Shown: positions 46,710-56,421 of the stretch, in pieces | Layout: each line of letters starts with the position of its first letter | How positions within the stretch are numbered: position 1 is the first letter of the stretch | Assembly (NCBI GenBank): GCA_045863335.1 | Contig: BTVY01000008.1 | Coordinates: 32,001 to 96,000 of the forward strand | Length of the DNA stretch: 64,000 nt | Direction: 5' to 3' | Source of the DNA: Candidatus Hydrogenedentota bacterium | Lineage (GTDB): Bacteria; Hydrogenedentota; Hydrogenedentia; Hydrogenedentales; SLHB01 | The notes under the pieces: generated by a model | The model's input: only the letters and a program-made list of their open reading frames with translations | Database searches by the model: none | What the model was told of the DNA's origin: nothing | Made by a program: the position numbers and the translations under genes

Positions 46710-47788
46710 TACTCCGCGACGGCCATTTTGGCGGCACGGTCGGCATCGATGAGGGCGTCGATGACAGGCTGCAATTCGCCTTCCATCACCGCTTCCAATT
46801 GGTGAATGGTAAGACCGATGCGATGATCGGTGAGGCGGTTCTGCGGGAAGTTGTAGGTGCGGATGCGTTCGCTGCGGTCGCCGCTGCCCACCTGGCTCTT
46901 GCGGTCGGCGGATCGCTTCGCGGCTTCTTCCTCTTCCTTGTGGGCCAACAAACGCGCGCGCAGCACGGCCATGGCCTTGGCCTTGTTCTTGTGCTGGGAC
47001 CGCTCGTCCTGGCAGGCCACGACGACGCCCGTCGGGATATGCGTGATGCGCACGGCGGAGTCTGTCGTGTTCACGTGCTGGCCACCCGCGCCGGAGGATC
47101 GATAGACATCAATGTGGAGTTCGGTCGGATCGATATGAATGTCGACCTCTTCCGCCTCCGGCAACACCGCCACGGTCGCTGCAGAGGTGTGGATGCGGCC
47201 TTGGGCTTCGGTGGCCGGGACGCGCTGCACGCGGTGGCCGCCGCCTTCGAACTTGAGTTGGCTGTACACATTGTCGCCAGAAACCTGGAAGCTGATTTCC
47301 TTGTACCCGCCGACGCCCGTGGGGTTGGAACTGAGGACCTCCACCTTCCACCCCTTCAACTCGGCCAAGCGGCTGTACATGCGGAACAGGTCGGCGGCGA
47401 AAAGGGCGGCCTCATCTCCCCCGGTCCCGGCGCGGATCTCCATGATGGTGTTCTTCGCGTCGTTGGGATCCTTGGGGATGAGCAGGAACCGCAGTTCCTC
47501 TTCCAGGCGCTCCAGGACTTCGAGGACTTCGGCCTTTTCGCCCTCGGCCATGTCGCGCAATTCCAGATCAGTTTCGTCGCGGAGCATCTGTTCGGAGTCT
47601 TCGAGCCGTTTCTCGTAGCGCTCGTATTCGCGGAAGGTGTTTACCACGTCTTCGATGGTGCGCTGCTGCTTGGCGAGACGGCGGTACCGTTCCGGATCGG
47701 TTGCCACTTCTTGCGTGGACATCTCGGCCGTTAGGGTGTTGTACTCCTCGCGGACGGCAAGGAGCCTCTGGCGCATGACCCGATCCAT
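46709..47788 (-). CDS. prfA: Peptide chain release factor 1
   Basis: GGQ motif, PAT specificity tripeptide (VPATE), RTYNFPQNR. Confidence 0.97.
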   Translation of the reverse strand: MDRVMRQRLLAVREEYNTLTAEMSTQEVATDPERYRRLAKQQRTIEDVVNTFREYERYEKRLEDSEQMLRDETDLELRDMAEGEKAEVLEVLERLEEELRFLLIPKDPNDAKNTIMEIRAGTGGDEAALFAADLFRMYSRLAELKGWKVEVLSSNPTGVGGYKEISFQVSGDNVYSQLKFEGGGHRVQRVPATEAQGRIHTSAATVAVLPEAEEVDIHIDPTELHIDVYRSSGAGGQHVNTTDSAVRITHIPTGVVVACQDERSQHKNKAKAMAVLRARLLAHKEEEEAAKRSADRKSQVGSGDRSERIRTYNFPQNRLTDHRIGLTIHQLEAVMEGELQPVIDALIDADRAAKMAVAE

Positions 47789-47816
47789 ACGGGGAAAGTT
47801 ACCTTAGATCCAATGT

Positions 47817-48278
47817 AGATTCGAAATTCGAAACAAATCCTAACGACCGAAATTCAAAAGGAACAAATCGGCAGAATACAGGCTTGTGTGCCGCGGCGGT
47901 GAAACCTGCTCGCATCCCCCCGCAACTACTGGCCGCTGGGAAACATCCCCCTTGATCCCCCTTCGAAGGGGGAAAGTCTGCAACGCGTCGCGTTGCGCGG
48001 GGATTAGCGGCCGCCTGCGATCGGAGCGACACGGCCGGAACCACCGGTAACCTTGGTTACGCGCCATTCCCCCTTTGAAGGGGGATCAAGGGGGATGTTC
48101 TTCAGGCACGCAACAGCGACTGCACAGATCACTCGAAACATTAAACTGTGATGGGACACGGCAGGCACTCGGCGATCACCCTGCGCCCAGACCCTAACCA
48201 ACAACCCGAACGCGTTCCGGTCATTCCAATTTCGAACCTTCGAAGTTGTTTCGGATTTCGAAATTCGAATTTCGGGTT
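47817..48278. repeat. Element with inverted heptamer-rich arms (TTCGAAA/TTCGGAT units) enclosing a REPIN-like insert
   Basis: Left arm TTCGAAATTCGAAACAAATCC; right arm TTGTTTCGGATTTCGAAATTCGAATTTCGG, its reverse complement. Confidence 0.65.
47940..48102. repeat. 163-bp REPIN/MITE-like element, copy 1
   Basis: ~35-bp terminal inverted repeats GAAACATCCCCCTTGATCCCCCTTCGAAGGGGGAA ... TTCCCCCTTTGAAGGGGGATCAAGGGGGATGTTCTT. Confidence 0.85.
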
Positions 48279-48292
48279 TGGCACCCGCGCGG

Positions 48293-48496
48293 CTAGTTCT
48301 TCCGGCCGTACTTCCGGTTGAAGCGGTCGACGCGGCCTTCGCTGTCCACGAACTTCTGCTTGCCCGTGTAGAACGGATGGCAGGCGGAACAGATTTCCAC
48401 GTTGATCGCCGGCTTCACGGACCGGGTCTCAAAGGTGTTACCACACGCGCAGGAAACCTTGGCCGTAACGTATTCGGGGTGAATGCCCTTCTTCAC
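48293..48496 (-). CDS. rpmE: 50S ribosomal protein L31 (Zn-binding type A)
   Basis: [22 protein letters not shown]; AAGGAG RBS before GTG. Confidence 0.96.
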   Translation of the reverse strand: MKKGIHPEYVTAKVSCACGNTFETRSVKPAINVEICSACHPFYTGKQKFVDSEGRVDRFNRKYGRKN

Positions 48497-48672
48497 TTCT
48501 CGCTCCTTCAAATCCGCCTCGCGAGTGCCGCGGGCGCACAGGTGTCATGGGGGCTGCAAACCGTTGAACGGCAGAATATACCACATGTGCGACACAAGGC
48601 GCAAATTCGTCACACAATCTTGTCAAGACTCGTTCGAAATGTCCTCTGTGTTTAGGAGTCAGCCAGAGCGGG

Positions 48673-48689
48673 TTATCCACATATCCACG
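48673..48689 (+). promoter_or_regulatory. Perfect DnaA box TTATCCACA plus overlapping degenerate ATATCCACG
   Basis: Match to TTATCCACA in the rpmE-flgL intergenic region. Confidence 0.35.
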
Positions 48690-49028
48690 GCCCAAGCGGA
48701 GCGCTTCCAGCCGTGGCTCTCGTCGGGGCGGTGGAGATGCCGGTAACCCGGGGTCTTCTTGAGTTTACTCCTTCCTGGCCTTTGTATCGGTGTCCGCGGA
48801 CATCAACGTCCGGTTTTGGCGCCCTGGAGTCTGGAGTGGATTGACAGTCGCCAGATTGACGGTGCAGGGCTTGGCGACAAGTGGCCGTTGCGATTCGAGG
48901 CGCGGTTTCTACGGCCGTGCCATCTCATGGTAAGCGCCCTCCCCGGCGGGCCGATGAGGTACTGGCGAGACGCGCTTGCAGACGTCCCTCCGCTGACCTA
49001 TGAATCAACTAAGTGCGGGTCCTGCGCT

Positions 49029-49943
49029 CTACCCGAGGAAATCGAGCAGACTGGGTTGGATGACGCGGGCGCCGGCGCTGAGAGCGGCTTGAAAGGCGTT
49101 GCTCTGGGTGTTGAGGTTGATGATGACCTCGGCGAAATCGGCGTCGATGGAGTCGGAGAGCAGTTCCTCCAACTGGACCTGGAAGTCTTCGATCTCGGTT
49201 TCGGTACGGTCGAGCCGGTTCTGGACCGCGCCGACGCGGGACTGGGCCTGGCTTAACTGCTGCCGCGCGGTTTCCAACTCGGTTAAGCGGGCATTCTGCA
49301 GACTGCCCTGGTCGCCGGCGAGCAGGTTGTCGCGAATGTCGATGAGGGTCTGGAAGATGTCCTGACTGCCTTGAAAGACCGTCGAACCGACCTCGTTGGT
49401 CGGTACGGTCAAACCATCGGAGACGCTGACGAGGATAGGCTCCGTGTTGCCCTGGTACGTCACGGCGGTGATGTCACCGTTGACGTCGCGGGTCACGTCG
49501 AACGGCTGGGTCGTCGTGCGGGTGCCGCCAAAGATGTAGAGGTTTCCCGTCTGATGGTTGGCCGTGTTGACCGCGGCCTCGAGAATCTGATTGATCTCTT
49601 CCGCGATAGCATCCAGCGCAACCTGGTCGTTGGTGCCGTTGGCGCCCTGGAGTGTCAGTTCGCGCGCGCGCAAGAGATTGTCCGTCATGGTTTGGATCGC
49701 CGTGACCGTCTCTTCGAGACGCGGACTGACGACGGAGATATTGCGGAGATACTGTTCGTTCTTGGCGATGGTTGTGCGCGTGTTGATCGCGCGCCGCGCA
49801 TCGATGGGGTTGTCGGACGGCGAATTCACGCGCAGCCCGGTCGACAGTTGCGTCTGAAGATCGAGAATGCGGCGGCTCTGGTTCTGAATGTTGGTAAGCG
49901 CCCGCTGCGCGATGATGCCCTGTGTGACCCGCAAGATCCCCAT
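49029..49943 (-). CDS. flgL: Flagellar hook-associated protein 3
   Basis: RVTQ..., QLSTGLRVNSPSDNP, YIFGG, YQGN, C-terminal SLLDFL. Confidence 0.92.
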   Translation of the reverse strand: MGILRVTQGIIAQRALTNIQNQSRRILDLQTQLSTGLRVNSPSDNPIDARRAINTRTTIAKNEQYLRNISVVSPRLEETVTAIQTMTDNLLRARELTLQGANGTNDQVALDAIAEEINQILEAAVNTANHQTGNLYIFGGTRTTTQPFDVTRDVNGDITAVTYQGNTEPILVSVSDGLTVPTNEVGSTVFQGSQDIFQTLIDIRDNLLAGDQGSLQNARLTELETARQQLSQAQSRVGAVQNRLDRTETEIEDFQVQLEELLSDSIDADFAEVIINLNTQSNAFQAALSAGARVIQPSLLDFLG

Positions 49944-49951
49944 GATACCGC

Positions 49952-50458
49952 CTAGCCTCGCTGATCCATCAAAACGGGATTGCCGCCCTGGCCCGCAGGA
50001 GCGGTGCCGCGGTCGCTGTATCCCTGTTGGTGATGCTGGTGCTCTTGCCTCAATGCCCGGATGAGATCGTCCGTGACGCGTTTTGAATGGCGCGTGACCT
50101 TGGCATTCGCGCGGACCGCGACCCGGATGCGCTCCACCGTTTCGCGCAATCGCTGCTGCAGCTCCTGCAGCCGCGTCTTCCAGGGTTCGGGACTGGCGTC
50201 GATCAGATGCGTCATGGTCTGCTGCTCGGGTTGCAGTCCAAAGTGATTGACGATGGGGCGAAGCGTTTCGATGCGTTTGGATTGCGCCTGAATGGACTCG
50301 CGAATGAGGATTTCGAGGGCGCTGGTTCGCGCGGTCAACGCGTCGAGATCGCGCGTGAATACGGCTTCCCGCTGAGCGTTGCAGACCGCGAGGACATTCT
50401 CCTGCCGCTCCACCTCGTCATCCAACAGGTCGCACAACGTATCCATCAATGCATCCAC
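49952..50458 (-). CDS. flgN: Flagellar export chaperone FlgN
   Basis: Helical, L..E...L, N motif, C-terminal Y..RG...DQRG; position in the flg operon. Confidence 0.7.
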   Translation of the reverse strand: MDALMDTLCDLLDDEVERQENVLAVCNAQREAVFTRDLDALTARTSALEILIRESIQAQSKRIETLRPIVNHFGLQPEQQTMTHLIDASPEPWKTRLQELQQRLRETVERIRVAVRANAKVTRHSKRVTDDLIRALRQEHQHHQQGYSDRGTAPAGQGGNPVLMDQRG

Positions 50459-50506
50459 GCGGTAACCCTCCGTTCTATTCGTTTATCGGCACGCGCGCGG
50501 ATTCAC

Positions 50507-50857
50507 TTAACCCGGCTCCGGCGCGGCCGCCGAGGTCCCTGCAAGGATCTGGTTCCGCAAGGATTTCTGCATGTTTTGGATGTGCAGTTGTTCTTCCATG
50601 ACCTTCGCGATACCAAGCTGGCCGCTCTCCGCGATCTTTCCCGCAACGATGTCATTGAACATGTCGCGCTGGAAGTCGGACTGAAGTCCCCCGTCGAAGA
50701 GTCCATCGCGCGGAACGGTCTTCTGCATTTCCTGGAGCAGCATGTACGCGAAGAAATGCTCCATTTCCTGAAATGCCGCGGCATCGCGGGACGCCTGTTG
50801 CAGCGCCGCGCCGGCCCGTTGGATGAATGGCGACGTTACCGGGTTGACGTAGAGCAC
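50507..50857 (-). CDS. flgJ: Rod-binding FlgJ (short form, no muramidase domain)
   Basis: FQEMEHFFAYMLLQEMQKTVP...FQRDMF...GQLGIA; follows flgI. Confidence 0.75.
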   Translation of the reverse strand: MLYVNPVTSPFIQRAGAALQQASRDAAAFQEMEHFFAYMLLQEMQKTVPRDGLFDGGLQSDFQRDMFNDIVAGKIAESGQLGIAKVMEEQLHIQNMQKSLRNQILAGTSAAAPEPG

Positions 50858-51978
50858 TACATGATCTCCAAGTCCGCGTCCATGGCGCCGGCATCGCGCA
50901 GGGCCTGGAAGATGGAGATCATGTCGCGCGGCGTTACCTTCAACCGGTTCAACGCGCGCGCCACCTCGGCGGCGGAGGTGCCATTGACCGGCATGAGCGC
51001 GCCCGGCTCCTCCACCGCGAGCAGGTCCGTTGTGGCGGTGGTTACCGTTTCGCCTTCGCCGAAAGGCTCCGGCTGGCTGACCTCCGGCGTGATGGCCACT
51101 TCGATGGTGAGATTGCCGTGGGCGACCTGGCAGGGCTTGATCATGACTTCGCCGCCGACCACCAGGGTTCCGGTGCGTTCGTTGATCACCACGATCGATT
51201 CCAGATCGGCTTCGACCTCGATGTCTTCAACTTCCGCAATAAAGCTGATCAACCGGGTCTGTTCCGGCTCGGGAATTCGCACGAGAATGGTACTTGCGCT
51301 CAGCGCCGACGCGGAGGCGGGTCCGAAGGCCGCGTCGATAGCCGTTCGGATGTTTTCCGCCGTGCGGAAATCTGCGCGTTTCAGTTGCAGCACGATGCTT
51401 TCGCCATCCGTGATGGTCGAAGGAATCTCGCGTTCAATATAGGCGCCCATGGGAACGCGGCCGGCCGTTGTGTGGTTCTTGCGCACGGCTGCGGCGCCTC
51501 CTCCCCCGCCGGCTTCCGCGTTGAAACCGCCCACGGACACGGGACCTTGGGCGAGCGCGTAGACCGTGCTTTCCGGGCCGGCGGTGCCGGGTCCGTAGAG
51601 GTACGTTTCGGTGAGCGTTCCGCCTTCGAGGCTTTCGCAGTCGCCGATGGAACTGACGCGCACGTCAATGCGGGTGCCTTCTTTTGCGAAGGCCGGAAAG
51701 GTGGCGTCGACGAGAACGACGGCGGTGTTTTCGGAAACGAGATCGACGAACTTCTCAACCTCGATATCGAAGCGGTCGAGCATGCGGAGTTGCCGGCGGA
51801 CGGCATCGGCGTTCGAGTCGCCCGTGCCCGCGAGGCCGACCACGAGACCGATACCCTTGAGCGGGTTGCCCCGCGCGCCCTGAATCTCGCAGAGATCCTT
51901 GATACGGGCCGCATGCGCCGCGGTCAACGACGCTGTCAGGAGGATGATTCCAACTCGAAAGGCCAGATTCCGCTGCAT
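50857..51978 (-). CDS. flgI: Flagellar P-ring protein
   Basis: RIKD, GIGLVVGLAGTGD, SLEGGTL, VINERTGT.V.G, I.QAL..AGA. Confidence 0.95.
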   Translation of the reverse strand: MQRNLAFRVGIILLTASLTAAHAARIKDLCEIQGARGNPLKGIGLVVGLAGTGDSNADAVRRQLRMLDRFDIEVEKFVDLVSENTAVVLVDATFPAFAKEGTRIDVRVSSIGDCESLEGGTLTETYLYGPGTAGPESTVYALAQGPVSVGGFNAEAGGGGGAAAVRKNHTTAGRVPMGAYIEREIPSTITDGESIVLQLKRADFRTAENIRTAIDAAFGPASASALSASTILVRIPEPEQTRLISFIAEVEDIEVEADLESIVVINERTGTLVVGGEVMIKPCQVAHGNLTIEVAITPEVSQPEPFGEGETVTTATTDLLAVEEPGALMPVNGTSAAEVARALNRLKVTPRDMISIFQALRDAGAMDADLEIM

Positions 51979-51992
51979 GTTTTCCCTCGCCA

Positions 51993-52625
51993 TCAATACG
52001 GTGAGAACCAGTCCAGGAACCGCGTGATCAAGCCGCGCCGCTGGTTGTTCCACAGTGGGCCGCGTCCCTTCAGTTCAACCACGGCGTTTGCGATTCGCGT
52101 CGAATCAATGGAGTTGTCGGGAGCCACATCACGCGCGCGCGCAATGCCTTTCACGAAGATTCTCGAGTCTTCCCGGTTGACCGTCACGGTCTTTTCGCCT
52201 TCCAACGCGATGTTGCCGTTGTCGTGGACTTCCGTCACGGTGCAGGTGATCGTGGTAATCAAACGGTTTTTCCGTTGCGTGTTGCCCGTCGTGCGTTGCT
52301 CGTTCTCCGTGCCGATTTGCCAGTTGGGCAACTTCCCGGCGGTGGTGATCCCAAAGCCGTCCGGTTCCGGCGATATGAGGAACGAGTTGTCCGATTCGTT
52401 CGCTTCGGACTGGACGTCCGACTCCTTCTTCGTATTCGTATTGGCGTCGGTCTGCGCTTCGATGGATTCGCGAACGAGGACGGTGATGATGTCTCCCACC
52501 TCGAACTTCTTCTGCTTCAGCGATACGAGCGTCCCTTCGCGGGCCACCTGTTGGGTGAACAAGGAATCACCCATGGCCGTGACGCACGGCATGAAAGCGA
52601 CTAGTACCACGAGTCCTATACGCAC
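51993..52625 (-). CDS. flgH: Flagellar L-ring protein
   Basis: VGDIITVLVRE, V.EV..NGN...GEK, G.AR.DV..DN.I.S.RIANA, terminal FSPY. Confidence 0.88.
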   Translation of the reverse strand: MRIGLVVLVAFMPCVTAMGDSLFTQQVAREGTLVSLKQKKFEVGDIITVLVRESIEAQTDANTNTKKESDVQSEANESDNSFLISPEPDGFGITTAGKLPNWQIGTENEQRTTGNTQRKNRLITTITCTVTEVHDNGNIALEGEKTVTVNREDSRIFVKGIARARDVAPDNSIDSTRIANAVVELKGRGPLWNNQRRGLITRFLDWFSPY

Positions 52626-52680
52626 AGGTTTGCTCCCTTCTTGCGCCCACGGTTCGGGGACTGGTCCGAACTCAATTCAA

Positions 52681-52843
52681 GAAACATCCCCCTTGATCCC
52701 CCTTCAAAGGGGGAATGGCCGCAACGCTTTGCGTTGCGTCGAGAAGTTTCCGTGACGTCGCATTGTGATTCGGCATGCACGACATTTGAGAATTCGAACT
52801 TGAGCGACTCCCCCTTTGAAGGCGGAGCAAGGGGGATGTTCTT
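52681..52843. repeat. 163-bp REPIN/MITE-like element, copy 2
   Basis: Same terminal inverted repeats and length as 47940-48102; inserted between flgA and flgH. Confidence 0.85.
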
Positions 52844-52884
52844 TCGCACGATGACAGAATTTTCTTTATCCCGTTGCTTCATAA

Positions 52885-53844
52885 TCAATTGACCACGACC
52901 ACGCCGTCTTTGCGGACGACGCCCTGGAATTCTTCTTTAGAGTCCAAATTGACGCAGGTGATGAGATCGCCTTCGCACCCGTTCATCAGCGCGCGGGCTT
53001 GGGAACGGATGACGAGTTTCCCCGCTCGCGCTTCGACCGTAACGGGCTGGTTGCGTTTGATGAGTTGGCGCGGCATGAGTTGACGGCTGGTGATGACCTG
53101 TCCCGGGAAGATCGTGCTCCGCGCGACCTGCCCTACCGCGTCCCCGGTGCTTTGCAGCACGTTGCCGCGCATCTGCGACATGGCGCGTTTCTCCAATTGA
53201 AGGTCTGCGACCGAAATCAATGAGCCCCGCGGTATGTCCGTCGCGGCGACGAGGACTTCGGTGTACGCCTCCACCTGCGCGCGGACCAGCACGGTTCGTT
53301 TTACTTCCCCGTCCACCGTGACCTCGCCGCGGAACACGCCGGGCCCCACCCAGCGGTACTGGGGATTGGGCCACCACCGGACCTCGACGAGCCCATCGGG
53401 CACGACCAGATTCTGCGTTGGCGCAGCCACGTCGATGGTCGCCTCATCCAAGGCCCAGGGCATTTCACCTTCGATAAACGTGCGGAGGTCGGTGGCGAGC
53501 ATGTCCGACGTGATCTCTGAATAGAGCGTGGTGGCGACCACCGACCCAGGCCCTTGGAGTTCTACAGCGTCCGCGGTGAAGCCCGCGTTCTCGATGCGCG
53601 ACCGCACGAGGCTCGCGTCGAGCCGCTTCGAGTCGCCGGGCATAGCGGCGTTGCCAATCTCGATGCCGGCCAAGGCATCGGCGTTCTCGCCCTGCACGTC
53701 CGCCACGTCGCCCAAGGTCACTGCCGGACCCTTCACGTAGGCCTCGGTCTTGAGCATGACCGTATCTGTATCCGCTGCTGCGACTGCCGCGATAGCGAGC
53801 GCCACTGCGATTCCGCTCATTGTTCTCAGGGGTGTCATGTTCAT
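52885..53844 (-). CDS. flgA: Flagellar P-ring formation chaperone
   Basis: Signal peptide, SAF domain (VAATDIPRG..I), C-terminal G.EGD.I...NLDS. Confidence 0.85.
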   Translation of the reverse strand: MNMTPLRTMSGIAVALAIAAVAAADTDTVMLKTEAYVKGPAVTLGDVADVQGENADALAGIEIGNAAMPGDSKRLDASLVRSRIENAGFTADAVELQGPGSVVATTLYSEITSDMLATDLRTFIEGEMPWALDEATIDVAAPTQNLVVPDGLVEVRWWPNPQYRWVGPGVFRGEVTVDGEVKRTVLVRAQVEAYTEVLVAATDIPRGSLISVADLQLEKRAMSQMRGNVLQSTGDAVGQVARSTIFPGQVITSRQLMPRQLIKRNQPVTVEARAGKLVIRSQARALMNGCEGDLITCVNLDSKEEFQGVVRKDGVVVVN

Positions 53845-53859
53845 CGAGTCATTCCCCTA

Positions 53860-54651
53860 TTACCGTCTCACGTTGTTGGCGACTTGAAGCATCTCGTCGG
53901 AAGTCTGGATGACTTTCGAGTTGGCCTCGTAGGCGCGCTGCGCGATGATCAGGTTCAGGATTTCTTCCACGACCTGGACGTTGGAGTTCTCCAGAAATCC
54001 CTGCGCCAGCATGCCGTTGCCATCAAGACCTGGTTGGCCGGGGATCGGCGGTCCGGAGGCCTCCGTTTCCAGCAGGATGTTGTGGCCGATGCGCGCGTCG
54101 AGGCCGCCATTGTTGATGAAGCGCACCAATTGGATCTGGCCGAGGTTCGTCGGTGTCGCGGCGCCCTGGGTCGTCGCCTCTACGATACCGTCCTGGCCGA
54201 TGCTGACGACAACGGCATCCTGCGGAATCGTAATACCCGGAGTCAGCGGGAATCCGTCCACGGTCACCAGCGTACCGTTGTTGTTCACGCGGAAACTGCC
54301 GTCCCGCGTGTAGCCGGTTGTGCCGTCGGGCAAATCGACCTGGAAGAAGCCATCGCCCTCGATGGCGATATCCAGCGTATTGCCGGTCTGAATCAGGTTG
54401 CCCTGCGTAAACAGCTTGGCGACCGATCCCGGGCGCACGCCGTGACCGATCTGAATGCCTTCCGGGAGTGTCTCGCCCGCGGCTGTTTGGGTTCCCGCCG
54501 GCCGGACGGTTTCATAAAAGAGGTCCTTGAAGTTGACGCGGCTCTTCTTGAAGCTGGTCGTGTTCACGTTGGCGAGGTTGTTTGCAATGGTGTCGATGTT
54601 GGTCTGTTGCCCAACCATCCCCGTTGCGGCTGTGAACAAGGCGCGAATCAT
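53860..54651 (-). CDS. flgG: Flagellar basal-body rod protein (distal)
   Basis: MIRALFTAATGM..QQ, NNLANVNT, FLENSNV.VVEE..LI.AQRAYEANSK. Confidence 0.96.
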   Translation of the reverse strand: MIRALFTAATGMVGQQTNIDTIANNLANVNTTSFKKSRVNFKDLFYETVRPAGTQTAAGETLPEGIQIGHGVRPGSVAKLFTQGNLIQTGNTLDIAIEGDGFFQVDLPDGTTGYTRDGSFRVNNNGTLVTVDGFPLTPGITIPQDAVVVSIGQDGIVEATTQGAATPTNLGQIQLVRFINNGGLDARIGHNILLETEASGPPIPGQPGLDGNGMLAQGFLENSNVQVVEEILNLIIAQRAYEANSKVIQTSDEMLQVANNVRR

Positions 54652-54666
54652 ACCCTTAGCTCCTCA

Positions 54667-55425
54667 CTACGCCGGCGAACCGACATCGTTAATGAGTCTC
54701 CCCACCGTCTCGTCAACGGAACTGATCACCTTCTGGTTCGCCGTGTAGGCGCGCATGCCGAGAATCATGCTGGCCATCTCTTCCGGAACCTGAACGTTGG
54801 ACGCTTCCAGGCTCTCGCCGACTACCGTGGTTTCGGTGGCGGGCGCGGATTGGGCGAGCGATTCCGGGTTGGCTGCGAAGAGGTTGTCGCCCTGGCGAAG
54901 CAGGGCGCCCGGATCGGCGAACTCAATGATTCCCAGTTGCCCCGTCTGGATCCCGTCGACCCAGACGATTCCATCGCCATCGATGCGCGCACGGCCACCG
55001 GACACGTCAATACCTCCGCCGCCCGCCCCTTGCACCAGGAATCCATCGTTGGTCACAAGCTGCCCGTTGGCGTCAATGGTGAAATTGCCGTCCCGCGTGT
55101 AACGGACCCCGCCCGGAGTGTCGACGGCAATGAAACCGGGACCCATCAGGGCCACGTTCAATGGATTGCCGGTGTGTTGGAGAGGACCCGTGGAGAAGTC
55201 GGCGAAGCTCTCGATGGTCTTGAGCCCGCCTCCGGGACCGCGTTCTGCATTGTAGAGTTGCGGGGTGCCCAGCTCGCCGAGGAATACTTGATAAAACCCT
55301 TCCTGGACCGCACCCTGCCGTTTGAATCCGCTGGTGGACGCGTTGGCAAGGTTGTTGGCGATGATGGCGTGCCGTTCTTCCAGGGCGATCATGCCCGTTG
55401 CGGCAGCATACAAACCTTGTATCAT
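54667..55425 (-). CDS. flgF: Flagellar basal-body rod protein
   Basis: GLYAAATGM, NNLANAST.GFK, YTRDGNF, LEASNV. Confidence 0.88.
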   Translation of the reverse strand: MIQGLYAAATGMIALEERHAIIANNLANASTSGFKRQGAVQEGFYQVFLGELGTPQLYNAERGPGGGLKTIESFADFSTGPLQHTGNPLNVALMGPGFIAVDTPGGVRYTRDGNFTIDANGQLVTNDGFLVQGAGGGGIDVSGGRARIDGDGIVWVDGIQTGQLGIIEFADPGALLRQGDNLFAANPESLAQSAPATETTVVGESLEASNVQVPEEMASMILGMRAYTANQKVISSVDETVGRLINDVGSPA

Positions 55426-55608
55426 GCGGGCTGGCCCCCACTCCGGTTTCGAGACCCACGCTCTCTATCGTTCGACGCCACTTGGCGTTGTACTCGGAGG
55501 CCCGGCGGGCGTATTAGGGATGGTGAGATAACGTTTAGGGAGAACGTTATCTCCGCCGGGCCAACCACTCACGGTAGGCCTGCTATGGGACAGACCTGCG
55601 AGCCAAGG

Positions 55609-55625
55609 TGCAACTGCTATGCCAA
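55609..55625 (-). promoter_or_regulatory. sigma54 -24/-12 promoter of the flgF operon
   Basis: TTGGCATAGCAGTTGCA matches TGGCAC-N5-TTGCW. Confidence 0.75.
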
Positions 55626-55812
55626 TCTGCGAGCAGTGCGACTACTAAGGGTTTTACAAGGGATTTTTGGCGATTTCGCGTCTCATTCGGCCTAAGGGAA
55701 AGGCCATCCATCGGGAAAACGCTGCCGTAACCAGGAAGTTTCTGCATGGTGCGCGGGAGTTCGACCGTGGTTGTGATAATCTGTAGAGCATCCTGGTAGA
55801 AAGGAATTTGGA

Positions 55813-56421
55813 ATGACTCCAATGGCGGAAGAAAAGGCGATGCTGCGGGAGCAGGGGCTTGCGGAGCGGCGCGGCCTTTCTTTGCGGGAACGCCGTGAAA
55901 AGAGTGTCCAGATTCGGGAGCACCTGCAGCAGATGACCGAGTTCGAGCGCGCCTCCCTGGTCCTTACCTACGTCGGCGCCAAGGACGGCGAAGTCGAGAC
56001 CTTACCCCTCATCGCGGCGCTGGTCCACGCGGGGCGGCGAGTGGCCGTTCCCAGCATTGTAGCGCGCGGCTACATGATTTGGCGGCGGATTTCGGGGATC
56101 GATCAATTCTCTGGCAGCAGATTCGGGATCCCGGAGCCCCGAAAGGAATGCCCGGAAATCAAGAGAATCCCAACCGATGCGGTAATTTTGGTGCCTGGAA
56201 TTTTATACTCGCCTACTGGGTATCGCATCGGCTACGGCGGCGGGTATTTTGACCGATTTTTGAGGGATTTTGTGGGAACTTCGATCGGGGTTGCCTTTCA
56301 CATGCAGGTAAAAAATAATTTACCTGTCGCGCCTCATGATGTTCCGGTGGACCGATTGATCACGGACATGGAGATTCTGGACTGCGCCACCCTGCGCCAA
56401 GGATCACGTTTGGACACTTAG
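55813..56421 (+). CDS. fau: 5-formyltetrahydrofolate cyclo-ligase
   Basis: K..LR, EVET, FGIPEP, VPG...G.RIGYGGGYFDRFL, PHDVPVD. Confidence 0.9.
   Translation: MTPMAEEKAMLREQGLAERRGLSLRERREKSVQIREHLQQMTEFERASLVLTYVGAKDGEVETLPLIAALVHAGRRVAVPSIVARGYMIWRRISGIDQFSGSRFGIPEPRKECPEIKRIPTDAVILVPGILYSPTGYRIGYGGGYFDRFLRDFVGTSIGVAFHMQVKNNLPVAPHDVPVDRLITDMEILDCATLRQGSRLDT

Noticed and set aside
48759-49256. 165-aa + strand ORF overlapping the flgL end
   Set aside because: No recognisable motif or RBS, and it is antisense to flgL.
55430-55812. 6S RNA upstream of fau
   Set aside because: I could not recognise the long hairpin with a central bubble by eye; the region holds the divergent sigma54 promoter.
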